Virus record (IMG/VR): IMGVR_UViG_3300029183_000032 | Span: 1 to 28,339 of that record | DNA from: a virus | Lineage: Duplodnaviria; Caudoviricetes | Reading direction: 5' to 3' (one strand) | DNA: 28,339 nt | The notes under the pieces: model-generated | Told to the model about the DNA's origin: nothing | The model's database searches: none | Seen by the model: only the letters and a program-made list of their open reading frames with translations | Program-made: the position numbers and the translations under genes | Part shown: one piece after another, positions 6,411 through 15,133 of the stretch | How positions within the stretch are numbered: position 1 is the first letter of the stretch | Layout: each line of letters opens with the position of its first letter

Positions 6411-7131
6411 GAAGGCTCTCTATCGTTGCTGCATCTAAAACAGATTCATTGATCAATAAAGCTCTGGCATTATGATCACCGCTAAGACCCACCGTAGCTT
6501 TCTTTGTTTCCCATTCTGCATTCTCGGGATCAAAGGATGATATAAGCTCACCATTCTTCCAGATGTCCATATTCTCGCTGTCATGCCATATGAGAGAAAA
6601 GGCCGCATATGAATCTATGCCCGTACCGTCATCAATGTTTACATTGGAGGCCGCTTCATCCCTCTGCCATGCCCATTTAGCAGTAGAGGTGTTGAAGTTT
6701 CCTCTTGAGGCCTGCCACGAAATAAACAATCCGCCATTTGTAACCCTGCGTACAAGAAAGTGAAAAGACTGTCCTTCTGCCCCTGTTAGCTGAGGAATTA
6801 ACCAAGCTGCCTCACCGCCAGGCAGTGTAAAGGTATTAAAGACAATAGCCGATTTACCATCACCGTCATCTGTTGTGTAGTTGGGCCTTAAGAGGCTGTT
6901 GGATTGGGTTATGTCGTTCCCACTTGTAGAAAGGTCCGTCCATGTCTCAACCCTCGTATTGCCATCCAGCTCCACCGTGTCAGATAATCCAAAGAAATAA
7001 ACGTTTTCCGTTGAAAGAGGATCAAACCCTGTTGCTGCTTTATTTAGCCCAAGACCCAAACCAAGACCCATTGCAATCGCAAGGTTGGGGACCAATATAA
7101 GAGCAAATAGTAATACCCTTAAAAACTTCAT
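6388..7131 (-). CDS. Signal-peptide-bearing LamG/concanavalin-like virion-associated protein
   Basis: AAGGAG RBS at ATG 7131; MKFLRVLLFALILVPNLAIA|MGLGLGLGL; V..WTDLS.SGN...Q....RP.Y pattern seen in phage lectin-like domains. Confidence 0.65.
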   Translation of the reverse strand: MKFLRVLLFALILVPNLAIAMGLGLGLGLNKAATGFDPLSTENVYFFGLSDTVELDGNTRVETWTDLSTSGNDITQSNSLLRPNYTTDDGDGKSAIVFNTFTLPGGEAAWLIPQLTGAEGQSFHFLVRRVTNGGLFISWQASRGNFNTSTAKWAWQRDEAASNVNIDDGTGIDSYAAFSLIWHDSENMDIWKNGELISSFDPENAEWETKKATVGLSGDHNARALLINESVLDAATIESLHAYLLAL

Positions 7132-7141
7132 TGTTTTCTCC

Positions 7142-7324
7142 TTAACATCCAATCAATACGCATAAATCCATGAGGGCATCCTTAGCCGCAGGACCGCAAC
7201 TCTCTCCATCTTCAATAATGGCTTCCGTTTGTTCTTTGCTGTATTTAGGAACGGTTTTTTTTGGCAAGCTTTCGCATCCGCTCAGCAAACTCAGCCCAAT
7301 TACGAGGCCGATTAGCCCAAGCAT
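7142..7324 (-). CDS. o-spanin-like lipoprotein (Rz1-like)
   Basis: MLGLIGLVIGLSLLSG|C lipobox; overlaps the 3' end of the i-spanin gene in another frame. Start at 7324 or 7345. Confidence 0.7.
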   Translation of the reverse strand: MLGLIGLVIGLSLLSGCESLPKKTVPKYSKEQTEAIIEDGESCGPAAKDALMDLCVLIGC

Positions 7325-7469
7325 TTGCACTCTTTTTTGCTGCATCACGTTCTCTTTCCGCATGTTCTTTCTTGCTCTCTGCCGCTCCCCAGCGCTTGAT
7401 AGACTTAACAATCCATATAAGGGTTGCTGTCGCGCCAACGCCGAGGAAGGCATAGAGGTAAGAAAGCAT
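7245..7469 (-). CDS. i-spanin-like protein (Rz-like)
   Basis: N-terminal TM helix followed by a charged helical region; located in the lysis cassette. Confidence 0.7.
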   Translation of the reverse strand: MLSYLYAFLGVGATATLIWIVKSIKRWGAAESKKEHAERERDAAKKSANAWANRPRNWAEFAERMRKLAKKNRS

Positions 7470-7651
7470 TATTCAGATTTAAAAACAGGTGAGCTTGTGA
7501 CAGTTCGCAATATAAACATCACAACACTAATACCGCCAGTTACATAAGCTGCATTGTCAGCTGTAAGAAACTCTGTGAAATCAAACGCCTCAAGCGCACT
7601 AACAACAGCAATTGCCAACGCAACCAGAAAAGTTTTCCATCCTTTAATCAT
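7469..7651 (-). CDS. Holin-like protein (2 TM)
   Basis: MIKGWKT start, two hydrophobic segments, LRTVT..PV C-terminus; between the endolysin and spanin genes. Confidence 0.7.
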   Translation of the reverse strand: MIKGWKTFLVALAIAVVSALEAFDFTEFLTADNAAYVTGGISVVMFILRTVTSSPVFKSE

Positions 7652-7652
7652 T

Positions 7653-8102
7653 TCAATCTCCTTTAAAGATGCGCCTCCACCATGGAAGCTTTGGGGGTAT
7701 TGGAGCCTTTGACTCCGGGTTAATAATTTCGAGTGTGAATTTTCTTGGTAAATAATCTCTTAGAACTTCTAATGCTGCCCTTGAGTCCAGAAGAGCAGGA
7801 AACCCGCCTATAGCCCCTATTCCCTCTCCAACCAGAATGCAGCCCTCAATATCGTCTATGACATTTCCCGCATGGATCAGAATTCCGCTGCGTCCCGGCA
7901 CATCCTTTAAGCGCCAAACATTGGAAAATCTCTGAGAATTGTGAGGGACGCATTTATATGTGCCTTCAGGAATGCAGGATATATTTCTATGGTTATCCTT
8001 CCACGGCTCTTCAAGAGTATTACAAAGAGGAACCTGGCCATGAAAAAGAATTCCGAACGTTCCAAACTGTCCAGAGGGTGCGCGGTATAAAGTCAATATC
8101 AT
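7653..8102 (-). CDS. DUF5675-like protein, putative endolysin
   Basis: TLEEPW..N....SCIPEGTY, VPGRSGILIHAGN and EGCILVG motifs; adjacent to holin and spanins. Confidence 0.8.
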   Translation of the reverse strand: MILTLYRAPSGQFGTFGILFHGQVPLCNTLEEPWKDNHRNISCIPEGTYKCVPHNSQRFSNVWRLKDVPGRSGILIHAGNVIDDIEGCILVGEGIGAIGGFPALLDSRAALEVLRDYLPRKFTLEIINPESKAPIPPKLPWWRRIFKGD

Positions 8103-8203
8103 CTTAAAATTTCCAGCATACTCCTGAAGAAATCCCTTACTGGTTTTTTAGGCGTTGGGAACGGGATGATCTCAGCGCCACCATCTTCCTCTTCTTCATC
8201 CAT
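8099..8203 (-). CDS. Possible 34-aa peptide
   Basis: MDEEEEDGGAEIIPFPTPKKPVRDFFRSMLEILR*; overlaps both neighbours (ATGA junction at 8099-8102). Confidence 0.4.
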   Translation of the reverse strand: MDEEEEDGGAEIIPFPTPKKPVRDFFRSMLEILR

Positions 8204-9299
8204 GTATCATCTCCGGCCTTATGGTTGATCTCGAAACTTCCCCTGCGCTTTTAGAATAGGTAATGACAGAGGCCCCTCTCTGCGCGATATATCCGCCCCT
8301 TGTGGCATGAGCATCTTTAGCCGCTATGGTCGGATGCTGCTCAACAATCATGAGCTGGTCTTCTTTGCTTTCCACATGATGTAAGTGACCCATATGGGCG
8401 TAAGAAAACTTGGTTCTTCCAAATACGTCCCGGTACATCCCGGCAAATATTTTCGAGATATTCTTCAGCCTTGCCTTGTGACCATGATGAAAGAATAAGG
8501 AGGTATCCCCCCATTCATAGCAATAATACGGCGTGTGCGTGTTATCGACTGTAACCCTTGGCTCATCCTCATACTTTTCAGCAAACAAAGCCCTGAGCCA
8601 TACTGAAGAAGCAAGATCATGGTTCCCCTCCGCCATTATCACATGCACATGCTGGTGCTTTTCCAGCATCATATTTATGACTTCCCTCAAAGCCCGGATA
8701 ACCAGATTGACCAGCTTTGGGAACCTTGTATCAGCATCCAGAATATTTTTCCCGGTTGGCGTTAAAGCCTCCAATCCATCCCAGTGTAAGAAGTCTCCCA
8801 ACTGAGCAAGAACACCCACCTTTGAATCCGGCGCAGATTTTATTGCAGAGGAGAACCACTGAATAAGCAGCTCATAGGCAATATCAGCATCCCAGTCATC
8901 CCCGGTTTCTTCATACCAAGAGAGCTGGCCCATGTGGTAATCAGTCAGCACATAGCAGGATAAGAGATTATCCAAGACCTCCCCCGGCGGCTCTATAGGC
9001 TTCTGCCTTGGGATCTCTATTTTAATCGCCTCAACAGCCTCCATAAATAATTGCTGCTGCTGTTCAATATCGGCTTGGGTTTTAACCCATTGCTGCTTTA
9101 CGTTCCCTTCATTGTCGTAAAGGGTTGATACCCCCTTAAGGCTGTGGCCTTCAGGAATACCCATCTGCTCTTTTTTAAGGCGGTCATGAAATGTGCTGCG
9201 AGGAATACCAAGAGCCTTGGCTGCTTTTGTCTTTGTTCCATGTTCTTTTAAGGCATCACCATACGGCTCATAACGGATAGAGCGAATGTTTACAGCCAT
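8196..9299 (-). CDS. HTH-fused calcineurin-like metallophosphoesterase
   Basis: N-terminal KAAKALGIPRSTFHDRL helix-turn-helix; DxH, GD, GNHD, HGH and GHxH metal-binding motifs. Confidence 0.8.
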   Translation of the reverse strand: MAVNIRSIRYEPYGDALKEHGTKTKAAKALGIPRSTFHDRLKKEQMGIPEGHSLKGVSTLYDNEGNVKQQWVKTQADIEQQQQLFMEAVEAIKIEIPRQKPIEPPGEVLDNLLSCYVLTDYHMGQLSWYEETGDDWDADIAYELLIQWFSSAIKSAPDSKVGVLAQLGDFLHWDGLEALTPTGKNILDADTRFPKLVNLVIRALREVINMMLEKHQHVHVIMAEGNHDLASSVWLRALFAEKYEDEPRVTVDNTHTPYYCYEWGDTSLFFHHGHKARLKNISKIFAGMYRDVFGRTKFSYAHMGHLHHVESKEDQLMIVEQHPTIAAKDAHATRGGYIAQRGASVITYSKSAGEVSRSTIRPEMIHG

Positions 9300-9331
9300 G
9301 AAATCACCTGATTGTTATTGAAGATATGTAC

Positions 9332-9688
9332 TCAACTGCCTCCAAATGCCCGCCACCAATTTACAAAGGTTGTTCCTATGCCACCGCCAGCAATGCTAAT
9401 TCCAAAGATTGCTCCAAACGCCGTGCGTTTTGTATCCTTCCAGTCCTTTGAGTTCTGATAGGCCGTATCAAGCTTTCCGCCATCTTTTGTAATATCCGCT
9501 ATGTCAGCCTCATTCTTTCCCACACGGCCATTAGTTTGAATCTGAAGCTCAATAACCCTATCCAGCTTCTCCATGACTTTATCGTGCCGCCGACCCGAAA
9601 TCTTCTTATGCTCTATCAGGGCATCTTTCGTTGATACTCTATCAGCTTCCAGAGCGCCTATCCTTGAGTAAACATCGTCCTCAGACAT
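9332..9688 (-). CDS. Coiled-coil protein with C-terminal TM helix (holin/lysis-accessory-like)
   Basis: TNGRV motif and C-terminal hydrophobic AFGAIFGISIAGGGIG; follows the tail fibre gene. Confidence 0.6.
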   Translation of the reverse strand: MSEDDVYSRIGALEADRVSTKDALIEHKKISGRRHDKVMEKLDRVIELQIQTNGRVGKNEADIADITKDGGKLDTAYQNSKDWKDTKRTAFGAIFGISIAGGGIGTTFVNWWRAFGGS

Positions 9689-9690
9689 GA

Positions 9691-11259
9691 TTATTTCTCT
9701 ATCCCATACAGTTTGAACTCCCCGGATGTTATGTTCCCTGATGACATGACAAGGCGTACAGCATCAACATCTCCCGTAGAAAGCCTCACCCCTGCACCAT
9801 GCATAACCCGAATGCTATTTGTTGAATCAAGATGACTCATATTGAAATCAAATATCTTCTTAGCCGCTGTGCCAGCAGGATTGAAAAATCTTATGACACC
9901 GCTAAGGCTCTCTCCGGCAGCGCTACCAACTTGATTTGCGAGCAGAATATGTGTTGCCGAACTATCCCCGGATGTAGAGTGAGAACTACTTGAAGCATCG
10001 CTATCCAACCTGTTTGATGCATATCCATAGTCTGATGCCCCTGAATCAAATGATGCTCCGGCATCAGAATCTGTCCGCAGATAAAGGCTTGTATTGTCTG
10101 TTGCAGGAACCAGATCAATAACATGAAGCTCATACTCTTCGTACGTGCTATCAATTCCAGAAGTGAAATCAATTGATGTAGAGTTTGAAGCGGTGGCAGT
10201 GGCTATTTTTGTTAAAGCGCCAGAGCCTCCAACAACCGCTGTCCCGTCTGCTTTTGAATAACTTATGACACGATAATCACCGGAAGCATATTCAACCAAG
10301 ATGGCCTCATCTCCTGCCGCTGTGGTGATATTAGCAGCGCTGGGCAAGATTAAATCTGTAGCATGATGCGTGAGCGTTAGAGCGCCATCAAAATGCAGCC
10401 CTATAACTGTTCCCGGCCCTCCGGTTGTGGCTATACTTGTAATGGTTGTTGTGCCAGTAACATCGAAATAATTACCATCAGTCCCTGGCGTAAGGGCAGT
10501 TGCACTTGCAATGTCAGCCCCTTTGGACCATTGCATTTGAGCGCCGTTCATATCAAAATCACCGCCTGCTTGCGGCGTAGTGTCACTCACAACATCTGTA
10601 AGAAGCCCCAGAGAGGCTTGCGTTACATTTGACCAATCAGTGCCGTTATATCTCAAAAGATCCCCTGAGGCCTCTCCTGAGAGCGTGACATCAAGATTGT
10701 CAGAAAGGCTACCCACAAGAGCAGTTGCGGGGCCAGCGGTTGTGATGGTTAACAATCGGGAGGTTGTGTCTATCGTGCCGGAAATATCGTTGCTGGTGAG
10801 TGTTGTGCCAACCGGGGCCAGAATAGCGCGATCATTCTCCTCACCAACCTGAGAGGCCATCATAGTGACAAGATCAAACTGCTTTTCTGTTACGTCCGCA
10901 GGATTGCCATCAAAATTTGAAAAATCCGTTCCTTGCGTATAAGGAACGATCCTTTGAATAACAATGGCTGCATCTGTGGCCGGAGCAGTTACAAATGTAA
11001 CCGTTCCCCCTGCACCAACGCCCTCACCAGCTACCGTGTAGTGTGTTGTGATTGTCTGGGTTGTCCCATCAACCTTAACAACCAGATGATCCTCATCATA
11101 AAAGAGATAAGGGAAGGAAAACTCAGTTGTAGAATTATCGCCTGTATAGGTAATGGTGTTTGTTGCGCTCGTAACCGTAGCCAGAGCGGGTGCGTACACA
11201 CTTACAGTCGCCATTAAAAAAGCCGCTATTAAAGCGGCATTCAAAAGAAATTTTCTCAT
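9691..11259 (-). CDS. Tail fibre protein (T7 gp17-like N-terminal anchor) preceded by a signal peptide
   Basis: TVTS...YTGDNSTTEFSFPY...L.V.VDG...YTV.G...GGTVTF..AP....I.I.R...Q...E..FD...M..Q anchor pattern; DTTPQ.GG and KGADIASA modules; leader MRKFLLNAALIAAFLMATVSVYAPALA. Confidence 0.85.
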   Translation of the reverse strand: MRKFLLNAALIAAFLMATVSVYAPALATVTSATNTITYTGDNSTTEFSFPYLFYDEDHLVVKVDGTTQTITTHYTVAGEGVGAGGTVTFVTAPATDAAIVIQRIVPYTQGTDFSNFDGNPADVTEKQFDLVTMMASQVGEENDRAILAPVGTTLTSNDISGTIDTTSRLLTITTAGPATALVGSLSDNLDVTLSGEASGDLLRYNGTDWSNVTQASLGLLTDVVSDTTPQAGGDFDMNGAQMQWSKGADIASATALTPGTDGNYFDVTGTTTITSIATTGGPGTVIGLHFDGALTLTHHATDLILPSAANITTAAGDEAILVEYASGDYRVISYSKADGTAVVGGSGALTKIATATASNSTSIDFTSGIDSTYEEYELHVIDLVPATDNTSLYLRTDSDAGASFDSGASDYGYASNRLDSDASSSSHSTSGDSSATHILLANQVGSAAGESLSGVIRFFNPAGTAAKKIFDFNMSHLDSTNSIRVMHGAGVRLSTGDVDAVRLVMSSGNITSGEFKLYGIEK

Positions 11260-11263
11260 TGAT

Positions 11264-14200
11264 TTAGTTTCCTATATTCTCAGTGAACCATTCATTAGCT
11301 GTTTTGGCAGTTTCCAAAATCTGATCTCCAAACTCCGAAAGCTGCTCCACCTTTTCTTCAGAACTCATTGCCGGATCTTCATAAATACGATCTGATAATT
11401 TACCCACTGTGCGGATGCGGTCATAAAATGCCTTCATGGGCTTATGCGCCCTTAATATTTCTGCATTTTCTTCTAGGTAGTCCGCTCTCTCATCACCCTC
11501 AAGCTTTCTGGATGTGGCGTGGATCTCATTAACTTTTTTCCATGTATCAAAGAAATTGGACACCGAAACGGCCCTGTATCCGGTTGGCTCCCTCACGGAG
11601 AACGCTTTAACGATAGGGATATCCGCAGGCGTAACTGGCTCCTCAGGAATCTCTTCGCCGTTCCACTTCTTTACTTCTTTTATGATCTTGTCACCAGCAT
11701 CAGTGACATAGTTCGCAGAACCCGCTAGCGAGCCGCGTAGAGTATTATCAACAAGAGCAGGAGATACACCAAGGGTCCGACCGATTTGTACAGCAGTTTC
11801 GGAAGTAAATTTGTTTTTTCTTTGTTCCGGCTCATATCTGTCCATCCATTCGGGGTAAACATTGCGTCCCGTGAAGAAATTGTAGTTTGTCAGATCCTCA
11901 ATTATTACCTTAACCAAAGGCGGAAGTACAGCGCTTGGGTCATAAACAGGGCTGATCGTACCAACAACGCCTAATACCAGCTCTTCCCAAAAATCTTTAA
12001 TCTCAGGCTTATCACCTTCAAAACCCCACGTCATAAACCTTTCCGGCACACTTCCAAAGATATACCCGAATGAGAAAGGCTTGGGTATTCTGCGCCATTG
12101 GCCGTCCTCTTTAAAAATCCAAAATAGATCTTTTTGCCACTGCGGTATCTCTAGATATTCCTGACGCTCTTCTTCCGGCGCTCCATAGAGATAATACCCG
12201 GTCAACATCACACTAGGGATTGTTACCGTTGCCATACCCCAAAACATAGTCCCGGCAGGATTTTCTTTGAAAGTACGAGCCAGCTTATCAACTGATTGTA
12301 CGCCAGCATTAAAGAAGGGTACATACTGGTTTATCTGTTTGGCAACTGGCCCACCCCGCGCAAAATCCAGTGTTGCCTCCCTTGAAAGCAATGCTGCTTC
12401 CATTCCCACTACACCTTGCTCTCTGGCCTTCTTGAAAACACCTACGCGCGTCCCTTGCTCAAGAGCCATGCTGATATCATTTAATGCCTTCAATGGCCCC
12501 ATAATCGGGTTTCTTAGATATTTCGCCATTTTCCCGCGTGGCCGAAATAGCTCCTTATAGGCCTTCTCAAGACCCTTATCATCCAGATCCATATAGGAGT
12601 TGAATGAGCCGCCATTACGCATCCACTCATGATAAAGCTCAGTCTTTCCTATAACCGCTGCCAGTCCCTGTACCATATCGATAGGTGTCGGGCGAACAGG
12701 CGATTGAAGCAAAGCTGTACCCTGATCTCGGATCACGTTTCTAATCCAGAACTCAGGTATGATTGTTGCGCCTGCTCTCAGCAATCTTGCTGAAAACTGA
12801 AACGGCGACATGATAATTCTAAATGTGGCATTCAGTTGAACTGGGCTTAAGTTTTTAACGGCTTCCTGAAGGGGCTTAGAGACTTTGTAAAATTCCCTTT
12901 TCCCATCACGAAATACTGTTACAGAACCTCTTGGCGTTATACCCGGCGGAAAACTACCCTCCATCTTTTGAATGTAGTCTGGCATCACACCTTCAAGATC
13001 CGCCAAACCCTTCGCTACTCTGTTTCTCCAAGCAAGATCAATAATCTTTGCAGTGTTGGCGATAACAGAATGCGTGGTGGTCTTGATGTCCTTATCAGAA
13101 CCTTGGATCTTCTTAATGACCTTATTCGCGTTGGCGTTTGTAAACACGCCCTTTGATGTTACGAAATCCTTAAACTCATCCTCAATGACCCGTTGGAAAG
13201 GAATGTAATTCGGGTTTAGCTCCAATATCTCGTTATAGCGCTCCTCAGACAGCACTTGCGCATCAACCAGATTAAACAACACCCGGCGCTGATAGTCATA
13301 CATCTCCTGAGCAAATGTGTCGAACCAAGTAAAATCCTCACCGTATTTATCAGCAAGTCTGGCCATATCCTCCGTGGCTTTAAGCAAAGCTTTTTCAGAT
13401 ACCTTTACATCCTCACGATCCTGAAGATCCTCAATCGTTCTGCGCGCGATCAGATAGTCATTAAAATCTGTCTCTCTGGCATCACGCTTTCCTTCTACAT
13501 GAGCTACAGAATTATCAAAGTCATCCAGTATGGATTTCATGGCTTTGCCAGTCACTTCCATAGCGCCAGTCTCAGGATTCAGCTTCGTTGTGCCGATCTG
13601 AAGATTATGCTCAATATTCCCTATAACGCCTGCATATGTCCTTGAGATAAGGAATGGGTTTTTACCAGGATCGATGCTTAGGCCACGCTCCTCAGCTAAC
13701 TTTGTTGCGTCTTCAATAGGCTGAAGGCTGTTTATAAACTCCCGGTAAAACTGATTAAACGCACTTTCTTCGTCATTGATCTCAGGCGCATCCTGCTCAA
13801 TTGCCGCCTGCATCTGCGAACCTGATACAGAGGGGGCAAACTCAAGCGCACCATCTTTCTGAGTTGGCAATTCCTTCTCCACGAAAGCCTGTTGCTCCGT
13901 GGCGCTCATATTATCAACCGCTTCTCTTGCGGCCTGAGCGCTGCCTGTCTTCTCCAACATAAGATTAAAAGCGATATCAGCAGATGTTTTCACGCCCCCG
14001 GCAATTGAAATAATCCCAGCCTCAATCAAAAGCTGGTCTTTAGAGGGCGTTATCGCATCCAGATAACCATCAAAGGTAAAATCTTGCTCAGTTGAAAGAT
14101 CGAGCGTTGCATGCAAGATATCAGCAACCCTTTCTTCCCCAAGCTCTTCAAGCATCCCGTTCCATCCGGCCGCACTAAATACTTTTGATACCCGCGCATT

Positions 14201-15133
14201 CGGATTGATGGCCTGATATGCCTTATAGAGATTCTGCTTCAGTGAGGCGGGCAATTTACTTGCCGCTGTAACCATTGGTGTCTTCAAATATTTTGAAGCA
14301 CCCGCAGCCACTGGTTTAACAATGTACTTCCCTAAAGCTGCACCTGATAGCTCACTTGCCACCTCCACGCTTGTGTGACCATAGGCTTTCAATGCACTTA
14401 CAGCAGGGCTTTCCTCAGAATCTTTAAAGACTATAGAGCCTTTATCTGTGACAGCCATAAAGTCATTTAATCTACGCTCTGCATAAGCTGGCGTATAAAG
14501 CGTTGGCATTGCCGCTGTTCTGGCCGCAACATTAGCCGCAACACCCGCAGATTTGGAAAGGACTGCTTTTTGTACGCCCTTCTCTACAAGCTCCTGTGCG
14601 CCTTTCTGGGCTAATTTCCCAATTCCTGCGGTTGCAGCAAACTCAGTCATAAAGGCTGGCATCTGTGAGCCGTAATACATGATGCCGCCGCCAACCTTCA
14701 TGCCGCGCAAATTCATCTCAATATTCTTATCAATGAAATCGTCCAGTGTGGCTTGCTCATTAACACTCAGCTCTTCACCAGCTTCTAATTTTTTGCCAGC
14801 GTTAAGAATAACCCCCGTATCAAAAGCCTGAAACAAACCACCACCGGGAAGAACATCCTCATAATCGAGGAAGTTTCTGGCCTCCCAAAACCCTATTGGC
14901 CCTTTGTTTCTAATCTCAGATATCTGCTCTTGCGAATACCGGGACTGTGCAAGAGCTTCATACTGATCTCTATGATCCTGCACTGCGGTCTGAACTTCTT
15001 CCGGCCCCTCATCCAAAGACATGGGCGTTAAGGCGTTGGTGTTTCTCTCAATAAGAGAAGGGGGCGTAATCCCCTGCTCTGCGAAGATATCTCTTGGCGC
15101 AGATATCCCCTCTTTTGCAAAGATGTCTACCAT
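11264..15133 (-). CDS. Large internal virion (ejection) protein with LPD38-like C-terminal domain
   Basis: 1289 aa at the gp16-equivalent position; DF.RGG, PFFNA..Q and Y.EIP.W.K..FW...RIPKPF..G motifs. Confidence 0.8.
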   Translation of the reverse strand: MVDIFAKEGISAPRDIFAEQGITPPSLIERNTNALTPMSLDEGPEEVQTAVQDHRDQYEALAQSRYSQEQISEIRNKGPIGFWEARNFLDYEDVLPGGGLFQAFDTGVILNAGKKLEAGEELSVNEQATLDDFIDKNIEMNLRGMKVGGGIMYYGSQMPAFMTEFAATAGIGKLAQKGAQELVEKGVQKAVLSKSAGVAANVAARTAAMPTLYTPAYAERRLNDFMAVTDKGSIVFKDSEESPAVSALKAYGHTSVEVASELSGAALGKYIVKPVAAGASKYLKTPMVTAASKLPASLKQNLYKAYQAINPNARVSKVFSAAGWNGMLEELGEERVADILHATLDLSTEQDFTFDGYLDAITPSKDQLLIEAGIISIAGGVKTSADIAFNLMLEKTGSAQAAREAVDNMSATEQQAFVEKELPTQKDGALEFAPSVSGSQMQAAIEQDAPEINDEESAFNQFYREFINSLQPIEDATKLAEERGLSIDPGKNPFLISRTYAGVIGNIEHNLQIGTTKLNPETGAMEVTGKAMKSILDDFDNSVAHVEGKRDARETDFNDYLIARRTIEDLQDREDVKVSEKALLKATEDMARLADKYGEDFTWFDTFAQEMYDYQRRVLFNLVDAQVLSEERYNEILELNPNYIPFQRVIEDEFKDFVTSKGVFTNANANKVIKKIQGSDKDIKTTTHSVIANTAKIIDLAWRNRVAKGLADLEGVMPDYIQKMEGSFPPGITPRGSVTVFRDGKREFYKVSKPLQEAVKNLSPVQLNATFRIIMSPFQFSARLLRAGATIIPEFWIRNVIRDQGTALLQSPVRPTPIDMVQGLAAVIGKTELYHEWMRNGGSFNSYMDLDDKGLEKAYKELFRPRGKMAKYLRNPIMGPLKALNDISMALEQGTRVGVFKKAREQGVVGMEAALLSREATLDFARGGPVAKQINQYVPFFNAGVQSVDKLARTFKENPAGTMFWGMATVTIPSVMLTGYYLYGAPEEERQEYLEIPQWQKDLFWIFKEDGQWRRIPKPFSFGYIFGSVPERFMTWGFEGDKPEIKDFWEELVLGVVGTISPVYDPSAVLPPLVKVIIEDLTNYNFFTGRNVYPEWMDRYEPEQRKNKFTSETAVQIGRTLGVSPALVDNTLRGSLAGSANYVTDAGDKIIKEVKKWNGEEIPEEPVTPADIPIVKAFSVREPTGYRAVSVSNFFDTWKKVNEIHATSRKLEGDERADYLEENAEILRAHKPMKAFYDRIRTVGKLSDRIYEDPAMSSEEKVEQLSEFGDQILETAKTANEWFTENIGN

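Noticed and set aside
5397-11259. Diversity-generating retroelement or invertible tail-fibre cassette
   Set aside because: No reverse transcriptase, invertase, or template/variable repeat pair was seen in this window.
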